Sequence record: SRR31156797_13477
Reading direction: 5' to 3' (one strand)
Length of the DNA: 44,220 nt
Made by a program: the position numbers and the translations under genes. Position 1 is the first letter of the stretch, and every line of letters starts with the position of its first letter. Below, one piece after another: positions 29,000 through 37,431 of the stretch. Under the pieces are notes generated by a model. That model did no database searches and was not told the DNA's origin. It saw only the letters and a list, made by a program, of their open reading frames with translations.

Positions 29000-30577
29000 T
29001 TAAAATTCATTGGTGAAATGAAATGCAATGTCAGGGAATTTATCTTTTGCACGGTCTAAATCATAAGTAGATTCGGCTAGGTAAACATCATTGCCATGTT
29101 TATCTTCTGCTATTTGTTTGTATTTGCGTTTTTTAAAGTCTTCTATTTGTTCAGTATTATCACTTCTGAACCAGACAGCCTTGAAAAAATTTACGCGTTC
29201 CCACCTACATTTTGCTCCATATTCATGCAACAGCCGATATTCAATAACTTCAAATTGAAGAGCACCCACAGTTCCAATAATTTTTCGACCGTTCATTTTT
29301 ACGGTAAATAACTGAGCAACTCCTTCATCCATTAATTGGTCAACACCTTTGGCCAATTGTTTTGACTTCATTGGATCATCATTCTCAATGTATTTGAACA
29401 TTTCAGGTGAAAAACTTGGTAAACCCTTGAAATGAAGTTGTTCGTTTACTGTAAGCGTATCACCAATTTTGAAGTTTCCTGCATCATGCAAACCTACAAT
29501 ATCTCCCGGAAATGCTTCGTCAATTACCTCTTTTTTGGAAGCCATAAAAGCTGTAGGGCTACTAAATTTGAATTTTTTACCATTACGCACATGCAAATAA
29601 TTGGTGTTGCGTTCAAATTTCCCACTGCATATTTTTACAAAAGCCAAGCGGTTTCTATGGTTAGGGTCCATGTTGGCATGGATTTTAAATACAAAACCTG
29701 AGAATTTGTCTTCGTATGGATCAACCATTCTTTCTTCTGCTTGAGATGGTAGAGGAGAAGGAGCAATATCAATAAAACAATCCAATAATTCTTTTACTCC
29801 AAAGTTGTATAAAGCACTACCAAAAAATACAGGAGAAACCTCAGCATTAAGGTAAGTTTGATTTTCAAAAGGAGGGTAAACTCCATTTACAAGTTCTATA
29901 TCTTCCCTTAATCGATTGGTTGCATCTTCACCGATATGCTTAACTATGTCTTCACTGTCAACATGTACTTTTAAAGGTTCCTCCACTACTTGTTTGTCTT
30001 CACCGGTAAATATATTGAGGCTTTCGTCGTATAGGTTATAGATTCCCTTCAATCGTTTACCCATTCCAACAGGCCAGCTTAATGGGCGCACTTTGATTTC
30101 TAATTCGTTTTCAATTTCATCTAACAATTCAAAAGCATCTTTACCTTCGCGGTCAAGCTTGTTGACAAAAACGATTACCGGCGTATTTCGCATGCGGCAA
30201 ACCTTCATGAGTTTTCTGGTTTGAGCCTCCACACCTTTTGCAGCGTCAATCACTACAATTACTGAATCAACTGCTGTGAGGGTACGGAAGGTATCTTCTG
30301 CAAAATCCTGGTGACCGGGTGTATCCAGAATATTAATTTTAATGTCCTTATATTCAAATCCCATTACCGAGGTAGCTACAGAGATTCCACGCTGACGTTC
30401 TATTTCCATAAAATCGGAAGTGGCTCCTTTCTTAATTTTGTTCGATTTTACAGCACCTGCCACACGTATTGCCCCACCAAATAATAGCAACTTCTCAGTT
30501 AAAGTTGTTTTACCTGCATCAGGGTGACTTACAATTCCAAATGTTCTTCTGCGATCTATCTCTTCCTTAAAATTCAT
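29000..30577 (-). CDS. prfC: Peptide chain release factor 3
   Basis: RRRTFGIVSHPDAGKTTLTEK, SDFMEIERQRGISV, DTPGHQDF, NKLD, VGALQFEV. Confidence 0.98.
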   Translation of the reverse strand: MNFKEEIDRRRTFGIVSHPDAGKTTLTEKLLLFGGAIRVAGAVKSNKIKKGATSDFMEIERQRGISVATSVMGFEYKDIKINILDTPGHQDFAEDTFRTLTAVDSVIVVIDAAKGVEAQTRKLMKVCRMRNTPVIVFVNKLDREGKDAFELLDEIENELEIKVRPLSWPVGMGKRLKGIYNLYDESLNIFTGEDKQVVEEPLKVHVDSEDIVKHIGEDATNRLREDIELVNGVYPPFENQTYLNAEVSPVFFGSALYNFGVKELLDCFIDIAPSPLPSQAEERMVDPYEDKFSGFVFKIHANMDPNHRNRLAFVKICSGKFERNTNYLHVRNGKKFKFSSPTAFMASKKEVIDEAFPGDIVGLHDAGNFKIGDTLTVNEQLHFKGLPSFSPEMFKYIENDDPMKSKQLAKGVDQLMDEGVAQLFTVKMNGRKIIGTVGALQFEVIEYRLLHEYGAKCRWERVNFFKAVWFRSDNTEQIEDFKKRKYKQIAEDKHGNDVYLAESTYDLDRAKDKFPDIAFHFTNEF

Positions 30578-30596
30578 CGGATTTTTTGGTTTTTGG

Positions 30597-30660
30597 GAAT
30601 CCAGAAAATAGAATGCAGAATGGTAATTAGCACATTCTGAATTCTATATTCTGAATTCTA
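30597..30660. repeat. Inverted heptamer tandem arrays forming an imperfect hairpin
   Basis: CAGAAAA-TAGAATG-CAGAATG (30602-30622) opposite CATTCTG-AATTCTA-TATTCTG-AATTCTA (30633-30660). Confidence 0.7.
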
Positions 30661-30676
30661 TATAATATTCAGGCTG

Positions 30677-30684
30677 CAAAAATA
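30677..30684 (-). promoter_or_regulatory. Bacteroidota -7 promoter box for prfC
   Basis: TATTTTTG(C) on the minus strand. Confidence 0.55.
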
Positions 30685-30751
30685 ATGAAATTAGTCGAAC
30701 AATAATTTATTATGCTTATGTAATTGAGAATAAGGTGATTTTAATAAGTGT

Positions 30752-30816
30752 AACTATAAAAGTAATTTTATTACTATAAAAATAGTTGTATGATTAAAAA
30801 AATAGTTATATGTTTG
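30752..30816 (+). promoter_or_regulatory. Three tandem operator-like palindromes plus -7 promoter box upstream of blaI-like gene
   Basis: AACTATAAAAGTAATT (30752), TACTATAAAAATAGTT (30772), GATTAAAAAAATAGTT (30792); TATGTTTG at 30809-30816. Confidence 0.65.
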
Positions 30817-30820
30817 TGGT

Positions 30821-31204
30821 ATGAAAGAATTGACAAAAGCAGAAGAACAAGTAATGCAATATATATGGAAGCTTGAAAAAGCTTTCCTGAAAGACATCGT
30901 TGAGGAATTTCCGGAACCTAAACCGGCTTACACCACAATTTCAACTGTAATAAGAGTTTTGGTAAAAAAGAAATTTCTTGATTATAAAACGTATGGAAAA
31001 ATCCACGAGTATTATCCGCTAGTATCAAAAGAAGCTTATTTTCGCCAGCATATTAAAGGGGTTGTGAAGAACTTTTTTAGTGGTTCGGCGAGTAAATTTG
31101 CATCATTCTTCACAAATGATGATGATATTGATTTAACGGAACTGGAGCAAATGAAACAGATGATTGAAAAAAAGATTAATGACTTGAAGCAAGAAGATGA
31201 CTAG
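30821..31204 (+). CDS. BlaI/MecI/CopY family transcriptional repressor
   Basis: LTKAEEQVMQYIW, PAYTTISTVIRVL, YYPLVSKEAY, FFSGS. Confidence 0.95.
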   Translation: MKELTKAEEQVMQYIWKLEKAFLKDIVEEFPEPKPAYTTISTVIRVLVKKKFLDYKTYGKIHEYYPLVSKEAYFRQHIKGVVKNFFSGSASKFASFFTNDDDIDLTELEQMKQMIEKKINDLKQEDD

Positions 31205-32540
31205 TTTTTTTATATATCTGGCAAAGGTGAACATAGTGTTTATCTTGCTTTATGTGCTATATTTTCTCTTTTTTAAAAGATTGACATTTCATAATCTCAA
31301 TAGAGGGTATTTAATGTTGATCATTCCCATTTCATTTATATTTCCTTTGATGGAGCTGAGCTATGCAATGCCGATGGTTGTGCAGCAAATAGTTCCTGAA
31401 TTCGACGAATTTATTCCCGCTGGAGTTGTCCAAACAGAAGCAGCTTTAGCTGAGTCGCATTCGATAAATTACAACTTTGTTTTTACGGGACTATACACTT
31501 TAATTTCAATGTTTTTCGTTTGGAAACTTGTTCTGAGCAGTATCAAAATATTGCATATCAAACGGAAATCTGAGACAAAGAAAATGGGTTCTTTCTGGGT
31601 TGTAAAAGCCGATGTACCAACTGTGTTTTCTTACTTCAAATGGATTTTTATTCCAAAAAAATACAAGCAGGAATATAATTCAGCAATTATAGAACACGAA
31701 CAGGTGCATGCCAGAATGTGGCATACGCTGGATTTAATGATTATTGAAATGTTCATTGCATTATTTTGGTTCAATCCTTTTGTCTTCTTCTTTCGTAAAT
31801 CGCTCAAGTCGGTACACGAATACCAGGTTGACACTCAAATTGCAGGTAAAAAAGTTACAAAAATTGATTACTTGCAGTTGATGGCTGAAAACCTGGAATC
31901 GAATTTTCGATTGAGTTCGGTGTGTAACTATTTTAATGGTAGAACAATTCAAAATCGAGTAAAAATGATCACAAAAAATAAATCATCAAAAATAAAGCTA
32001 ATTTCATATGCACTTGTTGTGCCTGTGATGGCTATCTTACTGCAAAGCTTTTCTGTAAAAAATGTACAGTTCGAAAATAAACCTGCGATGGAAGCATTGT
32101 TTGATGTATTTTCTATGGATGCTGTTCAAGCAGAAAATAAACCGTCCATTAAGCCAATTAAGGAGAGTCAGATTGTGAAAATCTCTTCCGGTTATGGTAT
32201 GCGAATTCATCCTATAACAAAAAAGAAGAAAATGCATAAGGGAGTTGATTTTGTGGCAAAAATGGGAACACCTGTAATTGCCACTGCTGATGGTAGAATA
32301 ATAAAAAAGACTTTTGAGCAGGAAGGTAAAGGTTACGGGCGATACATTGCTATTCAGCATGATAATGTGTATGTAAGTGTTTATACGCAGCTTTCTAAAT
32401 TTAATGTTGAGGTTGGCGATGAAGTTAAGCAGGGCGATGTAATAGGTTATGTGGGTAGTTCAGGTATTTCAACAGGGCCACATTTGCACTATGAAGTTCA
32501 CAAAAATGGTGAGCGGGTGAATCCTGCTGATTATTTTTAG
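31197..32540 (+). CDS. BlaR1-type M56 metallopeptidase fused to a C-terminal M23 peptidase
   Basis: FHNLNRGYL; HEQVH (HExxH), FWFNP, HEYQVD; TM; ISSGYGMRIHP, HKGVD (HxxxD), GPHLHYEV (HxH). Confidence 0.93.
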   Translation: MTSFFIYLAKVNIVFILLYVLYFLFFKRLTFHNLNRGYLMLIIPISFIFPLMELSYAMPMVVQQIVPEFDEFIPAGVVQTEAALAESHSINYNFVFTGLYTLISMFFVWKLVLSSIKILHIKRKSETKKMGSFWVVKADVPTVFSYFKWIFIPKKYKQEYNSAIIEHEQVHARMWHTLDLMIIEMFIALFWFNPFVFFFRKSLKSVHEYQVDTQIAGKKVTKIDYLQLMAENLESNFRLSSVCNYFNGRTIQNRVKMITKNKSSKIKLISYALVVPVMAILLQSFSVKNVQFENKPAMEALFDVFSMDAVQAENKPSIKPIKESQIVKISSGYGMRIHPITKKKKMHKGVDFVAKMGTPVIATADGRIIKKTFEQEGKGYGRYIAIQHDNVYVSVYTQLSKFNVEVGDEVKQGDVIGYVGSSGISTGPHLHYEVHKNGERVNPADYF

Positions 32541-32546
32541 AATATT

Positions 32547-32574
32547 AAGGTTGGCAATTTGCCAACCTTTTTTT
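32547..32574 (+). terminator. Rho-independent terminator
   Basis: AAGGTTGGCA-ATT-TGCCAACCTT followed by a T run. Confidence 0.85.
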
Positions 32575-32589
32575 AACATTTAACTCACG

Positions 32590-33285
32590 TTATTTAGAAT
32601 CCAGTAACTTCATATATTTTAGATACACTTCATACGTATGCCTATTTGGAATGCTGTTAAATTCATTTAATAATTTCCAGTGCCCATCTAACAATTTTTG
32701 CATCGTTTCAATTGACATGGTATATAATTGATTTGTTTTAGCATCTAAAGCATATAAATATTGAATATTTTTGTTTGTTCCTGTTGCCAATGCTGTCCCA
32801 ATTAAACCGATAAAATAAAATCCTCCTGTATTTACTCCCCAGGATCTTTTGGGAGAGGTGTCATTTATAGTTAAATAGGGGACTAATTTTCTTTGAATAT
32901 GATATAAATCTGAACCATATCGGGATTGGATTCCCATAAATACAATGAATCTCTTCCCTTCATAAATAACTGGCATATAGTTATAGTAAATACCATACTT
33001 GTATCCATTTAAATACATATTATATCCATCTGAGTAGCCATAAAAAGATTTTTTGATATGCTTCTTCTTTATTGAATTGTCATATGATTCTAATGAGAAC
33101 ATATTTTCATCACTGTTCAATGAAATTATTGATCTTTTGCTGATTTTGAGAGAATCCTTAAGAGTAGGGGTTTTCGTTAGAATTGATTCTTCTGTTTCAT
33201 ATATGCCCTTCGGGAAAGTAGAGTTTTGGGCAATTGAAATATTAATCAAAAACAAAAAGATTGAAAAAGATAATAGTGTTTTCAT
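32590..33285 (-). CDS. Hypothetical exported protein
   Basis: Signal peptide, FPKGIY and YGYSDG..MYLN motifs, Gly-rich hydrophobic patch; very AT-rich. Confidence 0.7.
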   Translation of the reverse strand: MKTLLSFSIFLFLINISIAQNSTFPKGIYETEESILTKTPTLKDSLKISKRSIISLNSDENMFSLESYDNSIKKKHIKKSFYGYSDGYNMYLNGYKYGIYYNYMPVIYEGKRFIVFMGIQSRYGSDLYHIQRKLVPYLTINDTSPKRSWGVNTGGFYFIGLIGTALATGTNKNIQYLYALDAKTNQLYTMSIETMQKLLDGHWKLLNEFNSIPNRHTYEVYLKYMKLLDSK

Positions 33286-33392
33286 TTCAGATATTTATAG
33301 AATAATAATAAAGATGGATTTTCTCGAATAAATACTAATAATAAGATAGTTAGATCAGTTTATTTACAAGATTAATTACTATGAGTTTATCA

Positions 33393-34067
33393 TTAATGGA
33401 AAAGCCATCCCACAGATAAAATTACCTGGTTATTTCTTTGACTAAAATTAAAGTTCTGACCATCAATTTCTACTCCTTTGCCCAGTTTGCTCAAGCCAAA
33501 TTCATATTTAGCATCAAGTACGAGTTTGCCAAAAATATTAATACCTGCATCCAATTGAAATGCCCAGGTAGCATTGGCAAATTGCTCTTCTGCATCAAAA
33601 TCAATCTCGTTTTCTATAATTTTTTTAATTTGGTCGTTACTCTTCAGGTTAAAGGAGGCTACTGGACCGAGACCAAGCCTTGCGGGTCCTAGTTTAATAC
33701 CACCTACAATTGGAATGTCTAATCGGTTAAACCGTTGATTCGCCAATTCAGTACCCGTGACTTGTCCGTTATTTGTTTTCGTGATTTCTACATCGCCGCC
33801 GGTTACAACAAATAATAACTCAGGTTGCAAGTAAAAGGTGCCAATAGTTAATTGCATAAATCCACCTGCATGAAATCCTAATTTGGGGTTCTTATCTTTA
33901 AACTCTAATCCATCAATACTTGACCCACTAATAGAACTCAGATCTATTTTCTTGTCAATGGTAACTTGCGATGAACTCAATCCGCCACGAACACCAAATT
34001 TTATTTGAGCTTCAGTTGTGAGACCTATTGTCAAGAGTAAAATAAAAAAAGGCGTGAATTTTTTCAT
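33393..34067 (-). CDS. Outer-membrane beta-barrel (porin family/OMP_b-brl_2-like) protein
   Basis: Signal peptide AEAQ-type, FGVRGG, GFHAG, LQPEL, LDIP, KYEFGLS, C-terminal SVGWLF. Confidence 0.85.
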   Translation of the reverse strand: MKKFTPFFILLLTIGLTTEAQIKFGVRGGLSSSQVTIDKKIDLSSISGSSIDGLEFKDKNPKLGFHAGGFMQLTIGTFYLQPELLFVVTGGDVEITKTNNGQVTGTELANQRFNRLDIPIVGGIKLGPARLGLGPVASFNLKSNDQIKKIIENEIDFDAEEQFANATWAFQLDAGINIFGKLVLDAKYEFGLSKLGKGVEIDGQNFNFSQRNNQVILSVGWLFH

Positions 34068-34118
34068 ATCGTTGGTTTTAGGTTGATAACTTCTCTTAAT
34101 TATTGATACGTAAAAATA

Positions 34119-34751
34119 TTATGAGCGTTCACGTTTACCCAGATAAATCTGCAACGCTACCATTAATGTATTATTATATTGACCGGCCCTAATTCCAAAT
34201 ACCTGACTTTGATATTTCCCCCTGATTTTAAATAATGAATAGCTAAATTGCGCATGCACTGAAGTGTAAGGAAATAATCTGTAACCAATTCCCAGATGGT
34301 AACTAAATTCAAAACGTTTAAATTCAGGATTTTCATCTTTGATGTATTGGCCAAATTCATTATTACCTGCTTCTTTTGCCGTAAATAAGTATCCTAATGC
34401 TACACCTGCCTCACCAAAAACACCAGATTTATGATTGTATATTGCAGTTAAAGGCATATCAATATAATGAAGGTTGATTTCATAATAGGAACTTAATTCA
34501 TCAGCATTTCGATCTCCTTTGCTACCCTTTTGCACATAAAGCATAGAGAATTGCATGCTTATTTTTTCGTTGATTTCTCTTTCAATAAAGCCGCCAATTC
34601 TGATACCAGCCTTGTCATATCCACTTAAGGTGTCACCATCAACTTGTGTTCCCATAATTCCACCTTCAATACCTCCTTTAAAGTTAGCCAACTGACTAAA
34701 GGAAAAAGTTGAGATAGTTAATGCAATAATAATTAGTGCAATTTTATACAT
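34119..34751 (-). CDS. Outer-membrane beta-barrel (porin family) protein
   Basis: Signal peptide, GG..TQVDGD..GYDKAG, YVQKGS, YIDMP, YNN motifs. Confidence 0.8.
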   Translation of the reverse strand: MYKIALIIIALTISTFSFSQLANFKGGIEGGIMGTQVDGDTLSGYDKAGIRIGGFIEREINEKISMQFSMLYVQKGSKGDRNADELSSYYEINLHYIDMPLTAIYNHKSGVFGEAGVALGYLFTAKEAGNNEFGQYIKDENPEFKRFEFSYHLGIGYRLFPYTSVHAQFSYSLFKIRGKYQSQVFGIRAGQYNNTLMVALQIYLGKRERS

Positions 34752-35436
34752 GTTCTTTTAATTTACGTTTTAAAATTGGAAGACCTTCAACAGCCCCTGT
34801 TTCAATAATTTCAATTTGCGAAGAAAATTGTTGTGAACCTCCATCCGGATTTATGATAAAAATGGGAGTGTCTGGTTGTAAATAGTTTACCAAACCGGCA
34901 GCAGGATATACGGCTAGTGCAGTCCCAATAATAACAAATATTTCAGCCTGTCGTGTTATTTCAACGGCGTCTTCAAAAGCAGTAACGGCTTCTCCAAACC
35001 AAACAATGTGTGGTCTTAGTTGACTTCCTAATTCACAAGTGTCACCCAGATTTAATTCTGGACCATCTATGTCATATATTAATTCAGGATTGCCAGTGCT
35101 TCTTGATTTTCTAATTTCACCATGTAGATGAGTAACTTTTGAACTTCCGGCTCGTTCATGCAAGTCATCAACGTTTTGGGTAATAATTTCTACATCAAAA
35201 TCATTTTCTAAATCAACAAGACCAATATGACCAGCGTTAGGCTCAGCTTTAATAACTTTGTCTCTTCTATAATTATAAAAATCAAGGACCAATTGCGGAT
35301 CGCGAGCGAATGCTTCCGGTGTAGCTAGTTCCATAGGATTGTACTGCTTCCACCATCCGTCTTTATCACGGAAAGTGCGTATTCCACTTTCAGCACTCAT
35401 ACCTGCTCCAGTTAAAACAACAAGTTTTGTAGCCAT
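34744..35436 (-). CDS. cobB: Sir2 family NAD-dependent protein deacylase (class III-like)
   Basis: TGAGMSAESGIRTFR, FYNYRR, ITQNVDDLHERAG, HLHG, LRPHIVWFGE, VYPAAGL. Confidence 0.92.
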   Translation of the reverse strand: MATKLVVLTGAGMSAESGIRTFRDKDGWWKQYNPMELATPEAFARDPQLVLDFYNYRRDKVIKAEPNAGHIGLVDLENDFDVEIITQNVDDLHERAGSSKVTHLHGEIRKSRSTGNPELIYDIDGPELNLGDTCELGSQLRPHIVWFGEAVTAFEDAVEITRQAEIFVIIGTALAVYPAAGLVNYLQPDTPIFIINPDGGSQQFSSQIEIIETGAVEGLPILKRKLKEHV

Positions 35437-35523
35437 AATTGCTCTTTTTTATAAAGATAAAAAAAATGAAACAGATTGGAAAAAATGTTGACGCAAGGAA
35501 TCTAATCGTGATAGATTAAAGAC

Positions 35524-35832
35524 TTATAATCTAGAAAGTTTTTTGGGATTCATTCTGGTATCAAAAACTGAAGCAATTATAATTAGTTTTTCGTCAATAA
35601 AGTAGATGATTTTATAATTGCCTTCTACGATATATCTATATTGGAATTTCCTATGTTTTAAAAGCTCTTCTATTTGACCAATTTGAGGACTATTTTCCAA
35701 TAAAAAGCTTTTGTCAATTATTTTATTTACAATCTTTTTGGCGACAATTGTATTAGCTGTATGTTTTAAGAAATCGAAAATATCTTCAAGTTGATATTGT
35801 GCAGTATCAGACCAAAATACTTTTAACTCCAT
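35524..35832 (-). CDS. Type II TA toxin, RelE/ParE family
   Basis: KVFWSDTA...LEDIFDF, L...P.IG, YR....NYKIIY, VFDTRMNP. Confidence 0.9.
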   Translation of the reverse strand: MELKVFWSDTAQYQLEDIFDFLKHTANTIVAKKIVNKIIDKSFLLENSPQIGQIEELLKHRKFQYRYIVEGNYKIIYFIDEKLIIIASVFDTRMNPKKLSRL

Positions 35833-36056
35833 GAATCAACATCCTTTTTTAGATCATCTGCAGATTTCAATCTATTATTTTTAAAATCATCCTCAGCTTT
35901 ATCTATAATTTCATTGAGTTCTTTTTCTGACATAGGTTTTGTAAGGGATTTATATTTTTCGTTTCTTAAAATCTCTTCAAATTTGGATATAATCTCCTCA
36001 TTTTTAATTCTTAAGAATTGCTGAATGAAGTTTAATTTGCGTGCTTGAATGTCCAT
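35823..36056 (-). CDS. Putative antitoxin (addiction-module type)
   Basis: 77 aa, immediately upstream of and overlapping the toxin by 10 nt; acidic C-terminal KAEDDFKNNR motif; own TATATTTG box at 36078-36071. Confidence 0.75.
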   Translation of the reverse strand: MDIQARKLNFIQQFLRIKNEEIISKFEEILRNEKYKSLTKPMSEKELNEIIDKAEDDFKNNRLKSADDLKKDVDSWS

Positions 36057-36148
36057 ATTCTTGATTTTTTCAAATATACAAAATAGTTTTCAGAGAGAAA
36101 TTGCTCAATCAATCTATAGATTTATACGTATTGCAATAATCATTGTTC

Positions 36149-36179
36149 AAAAAACGCTGCATAGTTAGTGCAGCGTTTC
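36149..36179 (-). terminator. Rho-independent terminator of pheS
   Basis: Minus strand AAACGCTGCA-loop-TGCAGCGTTTTTT. Confidence 0.85.
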
Positions 36180-36197
36180 ATTTGATGAAAATATATT

Positions 36198-37217
36198 TTA
36201 CAATTCTGTTTCAAATTGTCCCAGGAATCGAACATCATTCTCAAAATAGTATCGCAGATCTTTTACCTGGTATTTCAGCATAGCAATTCTTTCAATTCCC
36301 ATTCCGAATGCAAATCCTGAATATACTTCAGGATCAATGTTAGAACTTTCCAATACGTTAGGGTCAACCATTCCACAACCCATAATTTCTAACCAACCGG
36401 TATATTTACATACATTACATCCTTTTCCTCCACAAATGGTACAGCTCACATCCATTTCTGCTGATGGTTCAGTGAAAGGGAAGTATGATGGACGCAAGCG
36501 GATCTTGGTTTCTTCACCAAACATTTCACGTGCAAAATATAGTAAGGTTTGCTTCAGGTCAGCAAATGATACATCTTTATCAATATATAGCCCTTCTATT
36601 TGATGGAAGATACAATGTGCGCGAGCGGAAATAGCCTCATTACGGAAAACACGACCTGGACAAATTACACGAATAGGCGGATCGTTTTGTTCCATGGTAC
36701 GCACCTGAATTGATGATGTATGAGTTCGTAGCAACACATCTGGCTTTTTCTCTATGAAAAATGTATCCTGCATATCTCTTGCTGGATGTTCTTCAGGGAA
36801 ATTTAGTGCACCAAATACGTGGTGGTCATCCTCAATTTCGGGACCATCAGCTACAACATAACCAAGACGAGCGAAAATGTCAATAATCTCACGACGTACA
36901 ATTGATAATGGATGACGTGTGCCCCATTTTACTGGATCTCCGGGTAATGTGAGGTCTTCACCACTAGCTTCCTCAGGTTTTTGATTTAATTCCTGGCGGA
37001 AATTATCAATTTTACTCTGTAAATAAGTTTTTATTTCGTTTATCTTCTGACCAAATTCTTTTTTCTGTTCATTGGGTACGTTTTTAAACTCGGCAAAAAC
37101 TTCATTCATTTTACCTTTTTTACCCAAGTATTTGATACGAAATGCTTCAATCTCTTCTTCTGTGCGAGCTACAAACGCTTCCGCTTCTTCTCTGATTTGT
37201 TTCAGTTTGTCTAACAT
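36198..37217 (-). CDS. pheS: Phenylalanine-tRNA ligase alpha subunit
   Basis: HPARDMQDTFF, LRTHTSSIQ, FHQIEG, RPSYFPFTEPSAE, GFAFGMGIER. Confidence 0.98.
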   Translation of the reverse strand: MLDKLKQIREEAEAFVARTEEEIEAFRIKYLGKKGKMNEVFAEFKNVPNEQKKEFGQKINEIKTYLQSKIDNFRQELNQKPEEASGEDLTLPGDPVKWGTRHPLSIVRREIIDIFARLGYVVADGPEIEDDHHVFGALNFPEEHPARDMQDTFFIEKKPDVLLRTHTSSIQVRTMEQNDPPIRVICPGRVFRNEAISARAHCIFHQIEGLYIDKDVSFADLKQTLLYFAREMFGEETKIRLRPSYFPFTEPSAEMDVSCTICGGKGCNVCKYTGWLEIMGCGMVDPNVLESSNIDPEVYSGFAFGMGIERIAMLKYQVKDLRYYFENDVRFLGQFETEL

Positions 37218-37330
37218 ATCGCTTTCGATCTTTAATAAATTTTCAGGCTACGAAAATAGTTGATTTTTAGTTGCTGTACAAGTTCACTAGAATTTGATTG
37301 TTTTTATTTAAAATTTCATCAGGTTCACTT

Positions 37331-37420
37331 GATAGCGCGGATTTGACTTCGCCGAGCTCCTTTCAGTCGGTTAGTTTCGCTGAGCTCATTGCTTAAAAGC
37401 AATTCGGTTGTAATTCAGGG
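37331..37420. repeat. Composite REP-like element with tandem GAGCTC...TCGGTT modules
   Basis: TTCGCCGAGCTC-CTTTCAG-TCGGTT then TTCGCTGAGCTC-ATTGCT-TAAA-AGCAAT-TCGGTT; related to the reverse complement of 1788-1835. Confidence 0.7.
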
Positions 37421-37431
37421 ACTTTGAATTA

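Noticed and set aside
36405-36450. CxxC...CxxC motif in PheS
   Set aside because: A common zinc-binding insertion in many bacterial PheS proteins; not unusual.
37331-37420. Mini-CRISPR interpretation of the repeated TTCGCYGAGCTC units
   Set aside because: Only two 12-nt repeats, intervening sequences are short and structured, and there are no cas genes in the window.
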